This document shows positions 1 through 12,794 of a DNA stretch of 64,000 nt, one piece after another; position 1 is the first letter of the stretch, and each line of letters starts with the position of its first letter. The stretch is from Squalus acanthias (taxonomy: Eukaryota): NCBI GenBank assembly GCA_030390025.1, contig CM059433.1, positions 17,362,001 through 17,426,000 of the forward strand, read 5' to 3'. The position numbers and the translations under genes were made by a program. The notes beneath the pieces are model-generated. The model was given only the letters and a program-made list of their open reading frames with translations, had not been told where the DNA came from and ran no database searches.

Positions 1-345
1 CTTTATTTTATTCTGTCAGAGGTAGGCTATTTAATTTAATATTTGGTCTTCCAAGTAAAGCAATCAACAATAAATGTGCCAGAGTACATAATTAAATCGG
101 GTCCAAACTGCAGCTCCTAAACCAAAGAATGCCTTCTGTGAGAAGAGACAGGGACTGCTAATTGGGAATTTGTATTTTCTGCCATCGTTGAACAAGGAAC
201 AAATATTGTTATTCCAGTGACTGATTAATTTTTTAAAATCCTTTTACTTTTCTAATGGCCGTATTTATGAGATGATGGTTGTTCTTTATAATATTTCATC
301 TATGTGCTTAGTGGAATAAAACCATTCGTTTGTTTGTATGTGTGG

Positions 346-598
346 CAGAAGAAACTTCTTTACCCAGAGAGTGGTGAGAATGTGGAACTCGCTACCACAG
401 GGAGTGGTTGAAGCGAATAGTATAGATGCATTTAAGGGGAGGCTAGACGAGCATATGAGGGAAAAGGGAATAGAGGGTTATGCTGATAGATTTAGATGAG
501 GAAAGACGGGAGGAGGCTCGTGTGGAGCATAAACGCCGGCATGGACTGGTTGGGCCGAATGGCCTGTTTCTGTGCCGTATATCCTATGTAATCCTATA
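346..598 (+). mobile_element. CR1 LINE 3' fragment (end of ORF2 plus 3' UTR)
   Basis: Encodes the CR1 ORF2 C-terminal motif RNFFTQRVVRMWNSLP, followed by GGGCCGAATGGCCTGTTTCTGTG and a CCTATGTAATCCTAT tail; same family as 21114-22466. Confidence 0.85.
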
Positions 599-2040
599 TT
601 GTTAGAGCTATCATCAATAGATTTTTAACCAACAATTGACACAACGATTCAACTGTAAGCAGTTAGTGGAGGGAGACGAGTAGTTCTAGTAGTTGAGTGT
701 TGCAACCCAGTCCCAACCCAGGATGTCATGAGTTGAAATCCCCAACTTCAGCTGGCTCGTTTGCCCACGTCGGTTGACTTTCAGCAACCTCTAGCCAGGT
801 GACGAGATGGAGATACAAGTGGCAGCAGGGCAGAGCTCCATGTAGGAGAAGGTAGGACTGGAAAGATAGGTCTCATCCAGCAGACCGACTCCTCCTGCCC
901 AGCGATTACAAAACATCAGCGATGTTGAAGGGACACGTGAGCCCACTCTCCCAGCAGCTGTTAGTTTTTAGATTTTAAAATATAAAAAATAAAAAAGTAA
1001 AAACTGCGTTCGATGTAGAATATAATCACTCGAAAGTAAAAAAGTTAAGGAGTAAGTTTCACATTTCATGCAAATATCAGTCTTCATTTCCTTCAGACTC
1101 GTAAGGACCCTTCAATTCCCTGTAACTGTAGGTTCTACTTGTGCTATTGATCAGTCTATATTCTGAGTTATGAGGAAAGTCTAGTGTAACTCAAATCTCT
1201 CAAACCGAGAAGATTAAAGAGGGATTTGATGGAGGTGTTGGTCGGTAAATTGAAACAAAAGGCTGCGATCTCAAGATAAACACCAGATACAGGAGAGATG
1301 AGAAACTTTTCATGCAGAGTTGTTCGGATGTGGAATATTTCGCCACAGGTGGTGATTGATATTAAATTGATCACAGCATTTGGGAAGGTACTGGATAGTT
1401 ACTTAAAACAAGACGTTAGGATTCATGTAAAATCAGCTCCAAAGATGGCCTAAATTCAGCGCTGGCAAGGAGGACTGAAAGGCCTCTTCGTGCTAATAGA
1501 AATCGTGATATGTTGCTGAAATGACAGCAAATACATATTGTCTCTGGGATGCACAGTGTTTAAAAGCATCGAGGATAACAGAGCTTTGCAAAATCTGTTG
1601 CGTTTTAGTCAGCTTTCCTAAACCAGACGGGTGGGTGTGAGATAGCTGAAGTGTACCACAGGCAAGATGACGATGACATGTGTGATTTTCAAGAGCCCTC
1701 CTGAACCAGGGAGCTAGTATGTAATACAAGAGCGATGCTGCCACTTCAGTGGATTTAATCATCAAAAGTGCGTGGATTTTAAATGCAAAAAAAGCTGAAG
1801 TACAGAAAGGAAATGGCTTTTTGGGGTCTTGTGTTGTCTAATGAATAATGTGAGTGACGTTTAAAACATTTTAAGAGAATAGAATGTGGAGTTCAGCTTC
1901 TTAATCACCTAAGGGCATTGCTTTTGGCAGTAGGGAGCTGAGGTCCAGCCCCAGCTTATTATTGTTGGCAGAAACCAGCTGTTAGTGCAGTTCAACAAAA
2001 ATACCAAATATTAACTGGACAGCTGGGGACTCTGCATTTT

Positions 2041-2802
2041 GGGCCATAATTTGCTGTAGCAGGGCATCTAATGCCACTAGTTAGACTTCCCCTTGCACGT
2101 TTAGGTTTTTTAATTTTTTGCGAGACAAGTTGCTGAAAGTGCGAGCTTATAACGGCCCAGTGAGGGAAGCAGGGCATCCGGGACCTGAGTGAACAAGGCA
2201 AGCAACTGTGTATCTCCTTAACCAATCAGATTGAAGGTTTGTGAAATAATCAGAACAAGGACGGAGAATGAAGTGTAAATTAGAGTGGGCGAATTCAATG
2301 TCAAATCAGGTACAGAAAGAGAAATAAAGAGAGGGGAAGAAAGATCGGATTAAGGGAGAGACAAAAAAGTGACAGAAAGGAAAAGTAAAAAAAAAAATTT
2401 TAAATTGCCGTTTTTCAAATCCTCAACAACAATTAAAACCTGAAAGAATGAGACTCCACACTTATAATAGGTAATTTTCAATGCCAGAGAGGTTGACTGG
2501 CAGTAATTAACACTTATCACATGGTTAAAAGGGTACTTAGACTGAAATGGACAAGACATTAACTTTCTGTGGCGAGTTTAGTTTGTATCTACTGTGCAAA
2601 TACAGCAACTTCATGCCATTCAATACATTTCAATGGTGAGGTAGACAGCGAAATGCCATTTTCGCAAAGCTAATGGTGGAGCGACGCAACTCGGACAGCA
2701 ATTTTTGGATTTCCGTGTTTAACCGGACATCTGCCCCATGCCTAAAGTTGCTGTACCATTTGCACATAAATAGTGGCGAGTGCCATTAGCAAATTATGGC
2801 CC
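2041..2802. mobile_element. Harbinger-type MITE
   Basis: Perfect 15-bp terminal inverted repeats (TIRs) GGGCCATAATTTGCT (2041-2055) / AGCAAATTATGGCCC (2788-2802); non-coding interior; flanking trinucleotides TTT/AAT do not match. Confidence 0.75.
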
Positions 2803-3012
2803 AATATATTGGATAGCAATTTTTAATTTGGAATTTATTACTTTTGTACTTGCATGAGGTCTAAAATCACACAGATACATGGAACAGTTGCAAAGTTTTT
2901 TTATATAGTTTATCACAATTTTATGCCTTACTTTATTTCTTCTATTTAGTTGACTGCTGGCACAGTCGAGTTTAGTGCCTAACATACTTTGAGTATATTT
3001 ATATCTTTAAAA

Positions 3013-5867
3013 ATTCATTCTTGAGATGTGGGTGTCGCTGGCAGGGCCAGCATTTATTGCCCATCCTTAGTTGCCCTTGAGAAGGTGGCGGTGGTGGGCG
3101 TTCTTCTTGAACCGCTGCAGTCCATGTGGTGAAGGTGCTGTCACAATACAATTAGGTAGGGAATTGCCAGGACTTTGACCGAGCGATGATGAAGGAATGG
3201 CAATATATGTCCAAGTCAGGATGGTATGTGACTTGGAGGAGAACTTGGAGGCGACAGTGCTACCATGCTCCTGCTGCCCTTGTTTTTCAAGGTGGTGGAG
3301 GTCATGGGTTTGGGAGGTGCTGCCGAAGAAGCTTTGTCAAGTTACTGTAGATAGTAAACACTGCAGCCACGGTATACCGATGTTGGAGGGTATGGAGGTT
3401 TAGGCTAGTGGATGAAGTGCCAATCAAGCAGACTGCTTTGTCCTAGATGGTGTCGAGCTTCTTGAGTGTTGTTGCAGCTACATCCATCCAGTCAAAAGGA
3501 GAGTATTCCATCACACTCCTGACTAGTGCCTTGTATGTAGTAAAGAGGCTTTGGGGAGTCAGGAGGTGAGCCACTCTCCTCAGAATACCCAACCTGTTCT
3601 AGTAACCACGACATTTATGTGGCTGGTTCAGTTGGGTTTCTGGTCAATGGTAACCCTCAGTATGTTGATGGTGGGGATTCAGCAATGCCAATGCCATTGA
3701 ATGTCATGGGAGGTGGTTTGGTTCTGTCTTGCTGGAGATGGTCACTGCCTGGCACTTGTGTAGCATGAATGTTACATGCCACTTATTAGCCCAAGCCTGA
3801 ATGTCGTCCAGGTCTTGCTGCATGTGGGCATGGACTACTTCATTATCTGAGGAATTGTGAATGGAGCTGAACACTGCAATCATCAGCGAACATCCCACTT
3901 CTGACCTTATGATGGAGGGAAGGTCATTGATGAAGCAGCTGAAGATAGTTGGGCCTTGGACGCTGCCCTGAGTAGCACCTGCAGCAGGGCTGAGATGATT
4001 GGCCTTCAATAACTGCAACCATCTTCCTTTGTGTCAGCTAGTGGAGAGCTTTATCCTGATTCCCAGTGACTTCAGCCTCACTAGGGTTTCTTGGTTGCAA
4101 GGGCAGTCTCTCTCAGCTCACCTAGTTTTTGGACCAAGGCTGTAATAATGAGTTTTGGAGCCAAGCGGTCGTAGCAGAACCCAAACTGAGCATCGGTGAG
4201 CAGGTTATTGCTGTTTGATAGCATTGTTGACAACTCCTTCCATAACTTTGCTGATGAATGGGAGTAGGCTGATAATTGGCCAGTTTGGATTCATTCTGCT
4301 TTTTGTGGACAGAACATACCTGGGCAATTTTTCACATTGTCGGGCAGATACCAGTGTTGTGCCTGTACCAGAACAGCTTAGCTACGTTCTGGAGTGCAGG
4401 TGTTCAGCCGGGATGTTGTTCGGGCCCATAGCCTTTGCTGTGCCCAGTGCACTCAGCCATTTCTTGATGCCACGTGACGTAAATTGAATTGGCTGAAGAT
4501 TGGCTTCTGTGATGGTGAGTACCTCAGGAGAAGGTCAAGAAGGATCATTAGCTTGACACTTCTGATTGATGATGTTTACAAACGCTTCAGCCTTGTCTTT
4601 TGCACTAACCTGCTAGGTTCTGCAATCATTGAGGATGGAGATGTTCACAGATTTTCCACCTCCTGTTAGTTGCATAATTATCCACAGTCATTTACATGTG
4701 GAAGGGTTGCAGAGCTTTAACCTGATCCATTGGTTGTGGGATCAGTTAGCTCTGTCTATAGCATGGTGCTTCCACTATTTAGCATGTATGTAGTCCTGTC
4801 CTATAGTCTAGTACTGCTCTCGGCTACACAACAGGTGTCCTCAATGTGAATACAGAACTTGGTCTCCATGAGGACTGTGGGGTAGTCACTCGTTCCAATG
4901 CTGTCATGGACAGACACATCTGCGACAGGTGGATTGGTGAGGACGTGGTCAGGTAGATTATTCCCTTGAATTGGTTCTTTAAGCTCCTTCCGCAAGCCCA
5001 GTCTGACAGCTATGTCCTTCAGGACTTGGCCAGCTCGATCAGTGATAGACATTGAAGCCCCTTATTCTGTGCCCTTACTACCCTCAGTGTCTCAGTAGTG
5101 TTCAACGTGGAAGAGTACTGATTCATCAGCTGAGGGAGGGCAGAAGGTGGTAATCAGCAGGAAGTTTCGTTGCTCATGTTGGATCTGACGCCATGAGACT
5201 TGAGTTCCAGAGTCAATGTTGAAGACTCTCGAGGCCACTCCCCCTGACTGTATACCATTGTACCGCCATCTCTGGTGGGTCTGTCCTGCTGGTGGGACAG
5301 GATGTACCCAAGGTTGGTGACGGAGGAGTCTGGGACGTTGGCTGATAGATGTGATTCTGTGAGTATGACTATGTCAGGATGTTGCTTGACTAGTTTTTTT
5401 GGACAGCTTTCCCAACTTTGGCCCCAGTATCTAGATGTTAGTGAGGTGGACTATGCAGGCTCGACTGGGCTGGGTGTGCCTTTGTTGTGTCTTGATTTGA
5501 TGCCTAGTCGTAGCCAAATGTTCTGCAAGATTTGATTCTTGTTTTTCTTTCTAGCAGTTTGATACAACTGAGTGTCTCGCAAGGCCACTTCAGAGTGTAG
5601 TTTGAGTCAGTCAAGTTGGTGTGGGACTAGAGTCACAAATAGGCCAGACTGAGTAAGGGTTTGTCCCTTAAAGGACATTAGTGAACCAGTTGGGTTTTTA
5701 CGACAATCCTACAGCGTCATGGTCACTTTTACTGATACCAGATTTTTTTAAAACTAATTTCAAGTTCTCAAACTACCATGATGGGATCTGAACTCGCATT
5801 CTCTGGATTATTAGTCCAGATCTCTGAATTACCAGTCCAGTAACATAACTACTACATTACTGTACCC
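3013..5867 (-). mobile_element. Degenerate CR1/L2-group LINE with APE endonuclease and RT remnants and a tRNA-like 5' head
   Basis: Minus-strand remnants LVKQHPDIVILTESH (endonuclease, ~5347-5393) and QGSVQGPTIFSCFINDLPSIIRSEVG (RT, in ORF 3704-4018); 3' end GGGCAATAAATGCTGGCC near 3040; many internal deletions. Confidence 0.85.
5760..5867 (-). promoter_or_regulatory. tRNA-derived Pol III-type head (degenerate A box, B box)
   Basis: Minus strand reads GGTACAGTAATGTAGTAGTTATGTTACTGGAC...GAGTTCAGATCCC; the B-box-like motif is at 5783-5795. Confidence 0.55.
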
Positions 5868-6084
5868 TATACACTTGCAGCTATCATACAGCAGATGACT
5901 TGTGCATGCAGGAGCAGTAAAGGTACCTTCAAATACTAAAGACGAGAAAGCTTTGAAATAATTTATATGTAATCATTTCGAAGTTTTACATCTGTTAATG
6001 AAAGATCTAATGTTATAAGTGTAAATGTTGATCAAGGATGGAATTTAAACTCTAGCCTTTTGGTGAAGAGACCAATGTTTTTTT

Positions 6085-6893
6085 TCATTCAAGGGATGTG
6101 GGTGTCGCTGGCAAAGCCAGCATTTATTGCCTATCCCTAGTTGCCCTTGAGAAGGTGGTGGTGAGCCGCCTTCTTGAACCACTGCAGTCTGTGTGGTGAA
6201 GGTACTCCCACAGTGCTGTTAGGGAGGGAGTTCTAGGATTTTGACCCAGCAACAATGAAGGAACGGCGATATACTTCCAAGTCAGGATGGTGTGTGACTT
6301 AGAGGGGAACTTGGAGGTGGTAGTGTTCCCATGCGCTTGCTGCCCTTGTCCTTCTAGGTGGAAGAGGTCGCGGGTTTGGGAGGTGCTGCTGAAGAAGCCT
6401 TGGCGAGTTGCTGCAGTGCATCTTGTAGATGGTACACACTGCAGCCATGGTATGCCGGTGGTGGAAGGAGTGAATGTTTAAGGTGGTGGATGAGGTGCCA
6501 ATCAAGCGGGCTGCTTTGTCTTGGATGGTGTCGAGCTTTTTGAGTGTTGTTGGAGCTGTACTCATCCAGGCAAGTGGAGAGTATTCCATCACACTCCTTG
6601 ACGTAAGAAAACTACTAAGCACTTGGTCTAAGCGTTAAACAAAGCTTTAATCAACTGTTTTTCAACATGGAGATCTAGTTGTGTCCTTCCCTATTTCCTG
6701 TTGAGGAATGTCCTGAGCAAGCTGGGCCCATGCCCGAGTATTTATACTCTCCCTGGACAGCACCACCAGCAGGCCGCCCAGTATTACTTCATACATGAAT
6801 GACAAGATTCATGTCACTCCTTACTTATGCCTTGTAGATGGTGGAAAGGCTTTGGGGAGTCAGGAGGTGAGACACTTGTCCCAGAATACCAGT
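6085..6893 (-). mobile_element. 3' fragment of the same CR1/L2-group LINE, split by a solo LTR
   Basis: Encodes MEYSPLAWMSTAPTTLKKLDTIQDKAARLIG; colinear with 3013-3590; the LINE resumes exactly after the 6599-6816 insert. Confidence 0.85.
6599..6816 (-). mobile_element. Solo LTR (218 bp) with 5-bp TSD
   Basis: TGAC...GTCA termini; direct repeat CTCCT at 6594-6598 and 6817-6821; minus strand has TATAAATA upstream of ATTAAA; removing it restores the host LINE. Confidence 0.8.
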
Positions 6894-7231
6894 GCTAAGT
6901 GAATAATGTTGGAGGGGCTATTATCATTTGCATCTTGAAGAACCATGTTTATGTATTTTCTAAGAGGGCAGGAGAGAACACGAGATCAAAAACTTGCATT
7001 TAAGCATTGCATTTAACATGCAAAATGTTCCAAATACTTCACAGACCAAAATAAATGGAATGCTGAGTCAGAGGACAGAGACTACAAGGGCTGATTGGAG
7101 GCTTGAATTAAAAGATTGGGTTTAGGGAAGATTTTTAAAGGAGAGAGAAGTAGAGAGGCGGGGGGTATAGGAAGGAAATTCCAAAGAGTTCTACCACCAG
7201 TGGTGTACAAAAGGAAGGGGGGGATGCATAG

Positions 7232-8870
7232 CAACAACAACAACAATTCCCATTTATATAACGACTTTAACATAGTGAAACGTCCAGAGGCGCTTCACAG
7301 GAGTGTTATGAAATAATATTTGACACCGAGCCACATGAGGAGATATTGGGGCAGTTAACCAATAGCTTGGTCAAAGAAGTAAGTTTTAAGGAGCGTCTTA
7401 AAGGAGGAGAGAGAGGCGGAGAGGTTTAGGGAGGGAATTCCAGCGCTCAGGGCTAAGGCAATTTAAGGCATGGCTGTCAATGGTGGAGATATGAAAATTG
7501 GGGATGTGCAAGAGGCCAGAATTGAAAAAGCACAGAGATCTGTGGGGCTGGAAGAGGTTACAGAGCTAGGAAGGGACAAGGCCATGGAGGGATTTGAACA
7601 CAAGGATGAGAATTTTAAAATCGAGGCGTTGCTGGACCGGGAGTCAATGTATATCAGCGAGCACAGGGGGTGCTGGGTGATTGGGACTTGGTGCGAGTTA
7701 AGATATGGGCAGCCGAGTTTTAGATAAGCTCAAGTTTATGGTGGGTGCAAGGTGGGAGGTCGAGTCTAGAGGTAACAAAGGCATGGATGAGCATTTCAGC
7801 AGCAGGTGAGCTGAGGCGGGGTGGAGACGGACAATGTTACGGAGGTGGAAGTAGGCGGTCTCAGTGATTGAGAGGATATGGGGTTGGAAGCTCAGGGTCA
7901 AATAGGATGCCAAGGTTGTGAATGGTCTTAAACAGCAGCCAAGCGAGGGATGGAGTTGGTGGCTAGCGAACGGAGTTTGTGGCGGGGGCCGAAGAAAATG
8001 GCTTCGGTCTTCCTAATATCTAATTGGAGGAAATTTCTGCTCATCCAACTCTGGAAGTCGGACAAGAAGCATGATAAATCAGGCAGTGAAGCGGTCAAGA
8101 GAGATGTTGGTGAGGTAGAGCTGGGTGTCGTCAGCATACATGTGGAACCTGACATTGTGTTTTTGGATGATGTCGCCGAGGGCCAGCATGTAGAGAGAAA
8201 TAGGAGGGGGCCAGGATAGATCCTTGGGGGACTCCAGAGGTAATGATGTGGGAGCAGGAAGAGAAGCCATTGCCAGTGATTTTCTGGCTATGACTGGATA
8301 GATAAGCAAGGAACCAGGTGAGGGCAGTCCCACCAAGCTGGACAACAGAGGAGAGGCGTTGGAGGAGGACGATGTGGTTAACCATGCCAAAGACTGCAGA
8401 TTGGTCAAGGAGGGATAGTTTACCACAGTCGCAGTCACATAGGATGTTATTTGTGACTTTGATAAGGGCTGTTTCAGTGCTGTGGCAGGGGTGAAACTTT
8501 GATTGGAGCGGTTCAAACATGGAGTTGCGGGAAAGATTGGCACAGATTTGGGAGGCGACAACAGGACCTGAGAGGAAAGGGAGGTTGGAGATGGGGCGGT
8601 GGTTTGCAAGGATAGAGGGGGTCAAAGGTGAATTATTTGAGGAGGGTGTTGATGACGGCAGATTTGAAGGGGAGGGGGACAGTACCTTAGGAGAGGAAAC
8701 TGTTCACAGTATCAGCTAACGGGAAGGAAAGTTGGGTGGTCAGCAGTTTGGTGGGAATAGGCTCGAGGGAGCAGGAGGTGGGTCTCATGGACAAGATGAG
8801 CTCGGAGAGGCCATGAGGGGCATTTGGAGAGAAACTGGAGAAAGATGCGAGTTCAGGACTAGGGCAGGCC
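7232..8870 (-). mobile_element. L2 LINE, 5'-truncated, frameshifted RT
   Basis: ORFs 8131-8625 and 8079-8609 contain [24 protein letters not shown] and [12 protein letters not shown]; (TTG)n tail on the minus strand at ~7232-7247. Confidence 0.9.
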
Positions 8871-9203
8871 AGAGTCAGAAGCCTGAAGGATGCAGAAGGG
8901 AAACTAAGTCTAGAGAAGGTTGCAGAGATAGGGCGGAGTAAAGCCATGGAGGGTTGTGAAGACAAGGATGACTACTTTAAATTTGATGTGTTGGAGACAG
9001 GGAAGCATTGTAGGTCTGCAAGGAGGAGAATGATAGGTGAGCAGAGCTTAGTATCAGATAGTATACGGGTCACTGAATTTAAGGATAAGTTAGAGATTAT
9101 GGAGGAAGAGCAAATAAATGTGTCAGGGGCGGGAACAGACAATGTTCTGAAGATGAAATTAAGAAGTGTTGATGATGTAGAAGATGTGGGTTTTCAAGCT
9201 TAG

Positions 9204-9756
9204 ATGACGTCATCACCGCGCGCAGTGCCCTGTTTTTGCCCCGCCTGCAAAATTAGCCCGCGCCCCCTGAATTGGCACCGGGCGATGACAGCGACCAATT
9301 CAGGGGTTGGTAACGGAGCGGCAGGAGGCTCGCAGGGCGGCAAGTAAAGGGGAGGTGGCGGGCGGGGAAAACAAAATCGGCCGACTTACTTGTCGCTGCT
9401 CGTTGCGTCTTTGAACGCGGGGTCCGTGCCGTGATCTGAGTGCTGGGTTGCTGGCACGGCACCCCGCGCCCCGGTGGTCCAGGTAGGGCCCCGCAGAGTT
9501 GTGGGCTTGGGCCCTCCCCTTTAATGAGGGGAAGAGCCCTTCCATGCGGCAGCACTACGTGGCCCAGTGCGTAGCGCTGCAGAACGCATCGCCCCGATAT
9601 TCAGTGTTAGCGCTCTAAGACGGAAGTGGAGCGCTTGATTTAGCGCTCCACGTCCCTCTTGGGGCGCTAAAACTGAATTTCGCGGTCGCCAGCGCTAAAG
9701 CTAGCGCCCAGGCGATGTTAGCGCCCCAAAATGGTGGAAGCCGAATTTTTCCCCCT
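9204..9756. mobile_element. One-ended GC/CpG-rich Harbinger-type MITE fragment
   Basis: Ends in GAATTTTTCCCCC like the TIR of 35094-35970; shares AGCGCT-rich and GACGTCAT motifs with it; left TIR not found. Confidence 0.55.
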
Positions 9757-9769
9757 TAAGTTTTACATG

Positions 9770-10570
9770 ATCTTATCGAACCTGAGTGGGAGACCACAGA
9801 ACAGGATAGAATCAGTCTCAAGGGAGCATAGTTTGTGGTGGGCATTTGAGAATAATGACTTTGGTCTTCCCGATGTTCACCTGAATACAGTTGCGACCTT
9901 ACTTATGACTTGATGTCATACAAGCAGTGTCGTGGGGAGAGACATGTGGAGCTGGGTGTCGTCAGCATGCATATGGAAGCTGACTTTGTGCTTGCGGATG
10001 ATGTTACCAAGGGGCAGCATATAGATGAGGAAAAGGAGAGGACCAAGGATAGATTCTGGAGGGACTCTGGAAGTGATAGTGTAGGCAAGAGAAGTAAAGC
10101 CATTACCGGAGCTGCGCTTGCTACGCCTGAATAGGTGGGAGTGGACCCCCACAATAGCAGTTCCACAGAGCTGAATATTGGAGGAGAGATGGTGAAGGAG
10201 GACAGCACGATCAATCATGTCAAATACTGTAGAAAGATCGATGAGGATGAGGACCAATAACATGTCACGGTCACGGGGACGTTCTTCGTGACTTTGGCTC
10301 GACAGTAGGGATTTGAAGGGAGTCTCGGGCAAGGACACACTTGAGGACTTCAGAGAGGAAAGGGAGGTTTGAGATGTGGTGATAATTACAGAAAATGAAT
10401 GGGTCCAGGGTGGGTTATTGCATAGGAGGTTGATGGCAGTGGGGTTTTGAAGGGAAGAAGGACAGTGCCTGAGGAAAGGAAACCATTAACAATGTCAGGA
10501 ATGGTAGTGTATGACCAAGAGTTGGGTGGGGTGGGTATCAAGGGAGCAGGAGGTGGATTTCATGGAAGAG
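9770..10570 (-). mobile_element. Older L2 LINE RT fragment
   Basis: ORF 9916-10338 contains LILIDLSTVFDMID, SILGPLLFLIYMLPLGNII and FHMHADDTQL. Confidence 0.85.
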
Positions 10571-12027
10571 ATAGGATGCAGACAGTAAACTGTAACTGGG
10601 ATTGAGTTATGGTAACTGAACCTGATCTCGACATGCATGCTTTTACAATGTATTAATGCGAGTTCTCTCAGTCAAACACCAAGGCTGCTCCACAGTTTCA
10701 AATATTGTCCCAGCGGTTGTTTCAGGACTTTACCTTGGACATTCACAAGTTGTCGCAAAATTCAGCTACCAAAGGTCACTGTGTATCAGCAAGTGTGTCA
10801 ATATATGCTGAAGTGATTTCCACCTCAACAACACTGAAAATGAAAGAGATCCGTGGGCACAATGGAAAATCCTTGATATACCAGGAAATGCTTTTATGTG
10901 ACAATTACATATTAATTTATAATGCATTGAAAGAGAGTTTCTTGTTGCACAGAAGATTACAAATGATGAACTGAACTTTCACCACCTTTGTGTTTTCAGT
11001 GCTGAAAGAAATTCTGCATTTTAGACTAATTGGGGCAGATTTTTCTGATTCTGCTCCTGGCCATGGCTGTGCGCTCAGTACCGAGAGGAAAATCGAATGG
11101 GGACAGGAGTCCATGCCTGATTTCCATCCATTTGAATGAATCAGGTGGCCTGCCGCACAGGCACACGATGCGTCCCATCCAATATTCCTCTATTTGCTGC
11201 ACCCGAGTGATTTAACACACCGGCTCCCTCTTTGTCAGGTGTCCTGCTGGTCTTCAATCCTCAGTCTAATTCATTTCCGGTTTGAGATTTTGCCACTCCA
11301 CGCCTGTATTCTGTTGTGGAGAGTTGTTTGTTCTTCATTGACAGCCTTGACGTCAGGCGTCACTGTATGTTGTGCTGCAGCTCGCCAGTAATACACACTC
11401 CAGTTTGATTTTGTATGGAAAAATGTACCTCAGAGCTACAATCTGCATGAGGTCCCCTATTCCAGCATCAGCAGCTTGAAAATTCATTACATCCAAAACT
11501 GCAGACAGAAAATTGTAACCTTGATAACGAGCTATGGCAACTGAGCCGGTTCTAGGTTTGTATGCTGTCGCCATTCAGCAATGCCTGCTCTCTCGGTCAC
11601 CTGAATTGTTCTTCCACCATATTCCACTCCTCCTTTATGAGGTGCGAGCAGTCTTTAGAATCTGTGTCCTCTGTCCCTCCTCCTTCATGCATTACGAATG
11701 AAGAAAAGTAAATTCTAGCTCAAGTCTGTAATTGTCGATCATTGGTCTTTGGAGTAGCATAGCTACTTCGACTTTTAATTTATTTGCTAATCCTTTTCAA
11801 ATTCGTGATTTTTCTTGCCAAATTTTTCCTCCTTTGCCTTCTTTTGGAGACAGTAATTCATGCCCGTCCTCAATTGCACAAGTGCTGGCAGCCCTCCAGT
11901 ACACTGTGTAAGTAGGCATTCTTCATGTGTGAGCTGCCAGTCTGCTCAACTGTGAAGGACATCGCAGCCAATTAGAGTGGCTACCTTGATCGGGCAAGGG
12001 ACAAGACATTTGGAAAAATAACACGAT

Positions 12028-12794
12028 GGCCCGTAATTTCTGATAGGGGGCTTCCCGCGTGCGGATGCCTCCTATCGGGAAAAAAATCTACGCTCTTACC
12101 TGAGGGCTCCCGAGGTCCGGACATTTCCGATGCTGGGCCTGTCTACAGTCGAAATGCGCAGGGCCCACGTATCCCAGGGGCGCATGCGGTTCGCAAGCGT
12201 CCCTGGGATCATGTGGGCCAGACCAGCCAAAAGGAGAAGGGAATCTCCCTTCATACTTTGGACAGATAGACCTGTCAAATATATGAATGGAGATCATCCC
12301 AAAAAGACACTAAAGCATTAAATAAATTTTTAAAAAACCATCACGTTTTTAAAATGAGTTAAAATTACATTAAATTAAATATTTTAAACTAAACAAAAAC
12401 ATAATTTTTTGAAAAAATAATTAAAGTTTTTAATGGGGCTAAAAATAAACTTACCTTTTTTAAAAGTATTTTTAAAGTATAAATGAGTGAAAAAAAAATA
12501 TTTTTTTTACTTTTTTAAACTCTTATGCTGGTAAAAGCAGGCCTACACCTGCTTTTACCAGGCGGAAGATTTCTAAGGGTTTTCAGCGGGCGGAGGTTCT
12601 GCAGAAAGCGGAACTCTCCCCCCGCAGAGGCCCTTCTCTAGGGCATGCGTCCGATCTGTCGAGCATTCTTGACAGATTTCGGAAATGCCGGTTTTCAGCG
12701 CATGCGCTTCGCATGCCTGAAACCGGCATTTCCAATGTCCCTACGGGTGTGTACACAGCTCGTACACACCCGTAGGCATCGGAAAATGTGGGCC
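12028..12794. mobile_element. Harbinger-type MITE (family shared with 60828 and 62727)
   Basis: Imperfect TIRs GGCCCGTAATTT / AAAATGTGGGCC; flanks GAT/TAT; AT-rich core with GCTAAAAATAAACTTACCTTT shared with the other copies. Confidence 0.75.

Noticed and set aside
5760..5867. Genuine tRNA genes here and at the SINE heads (~41200-41292, ~54750-54836)
   Set aside because: No intact cloverleaf, and they are contiguous with retroposon bodies.
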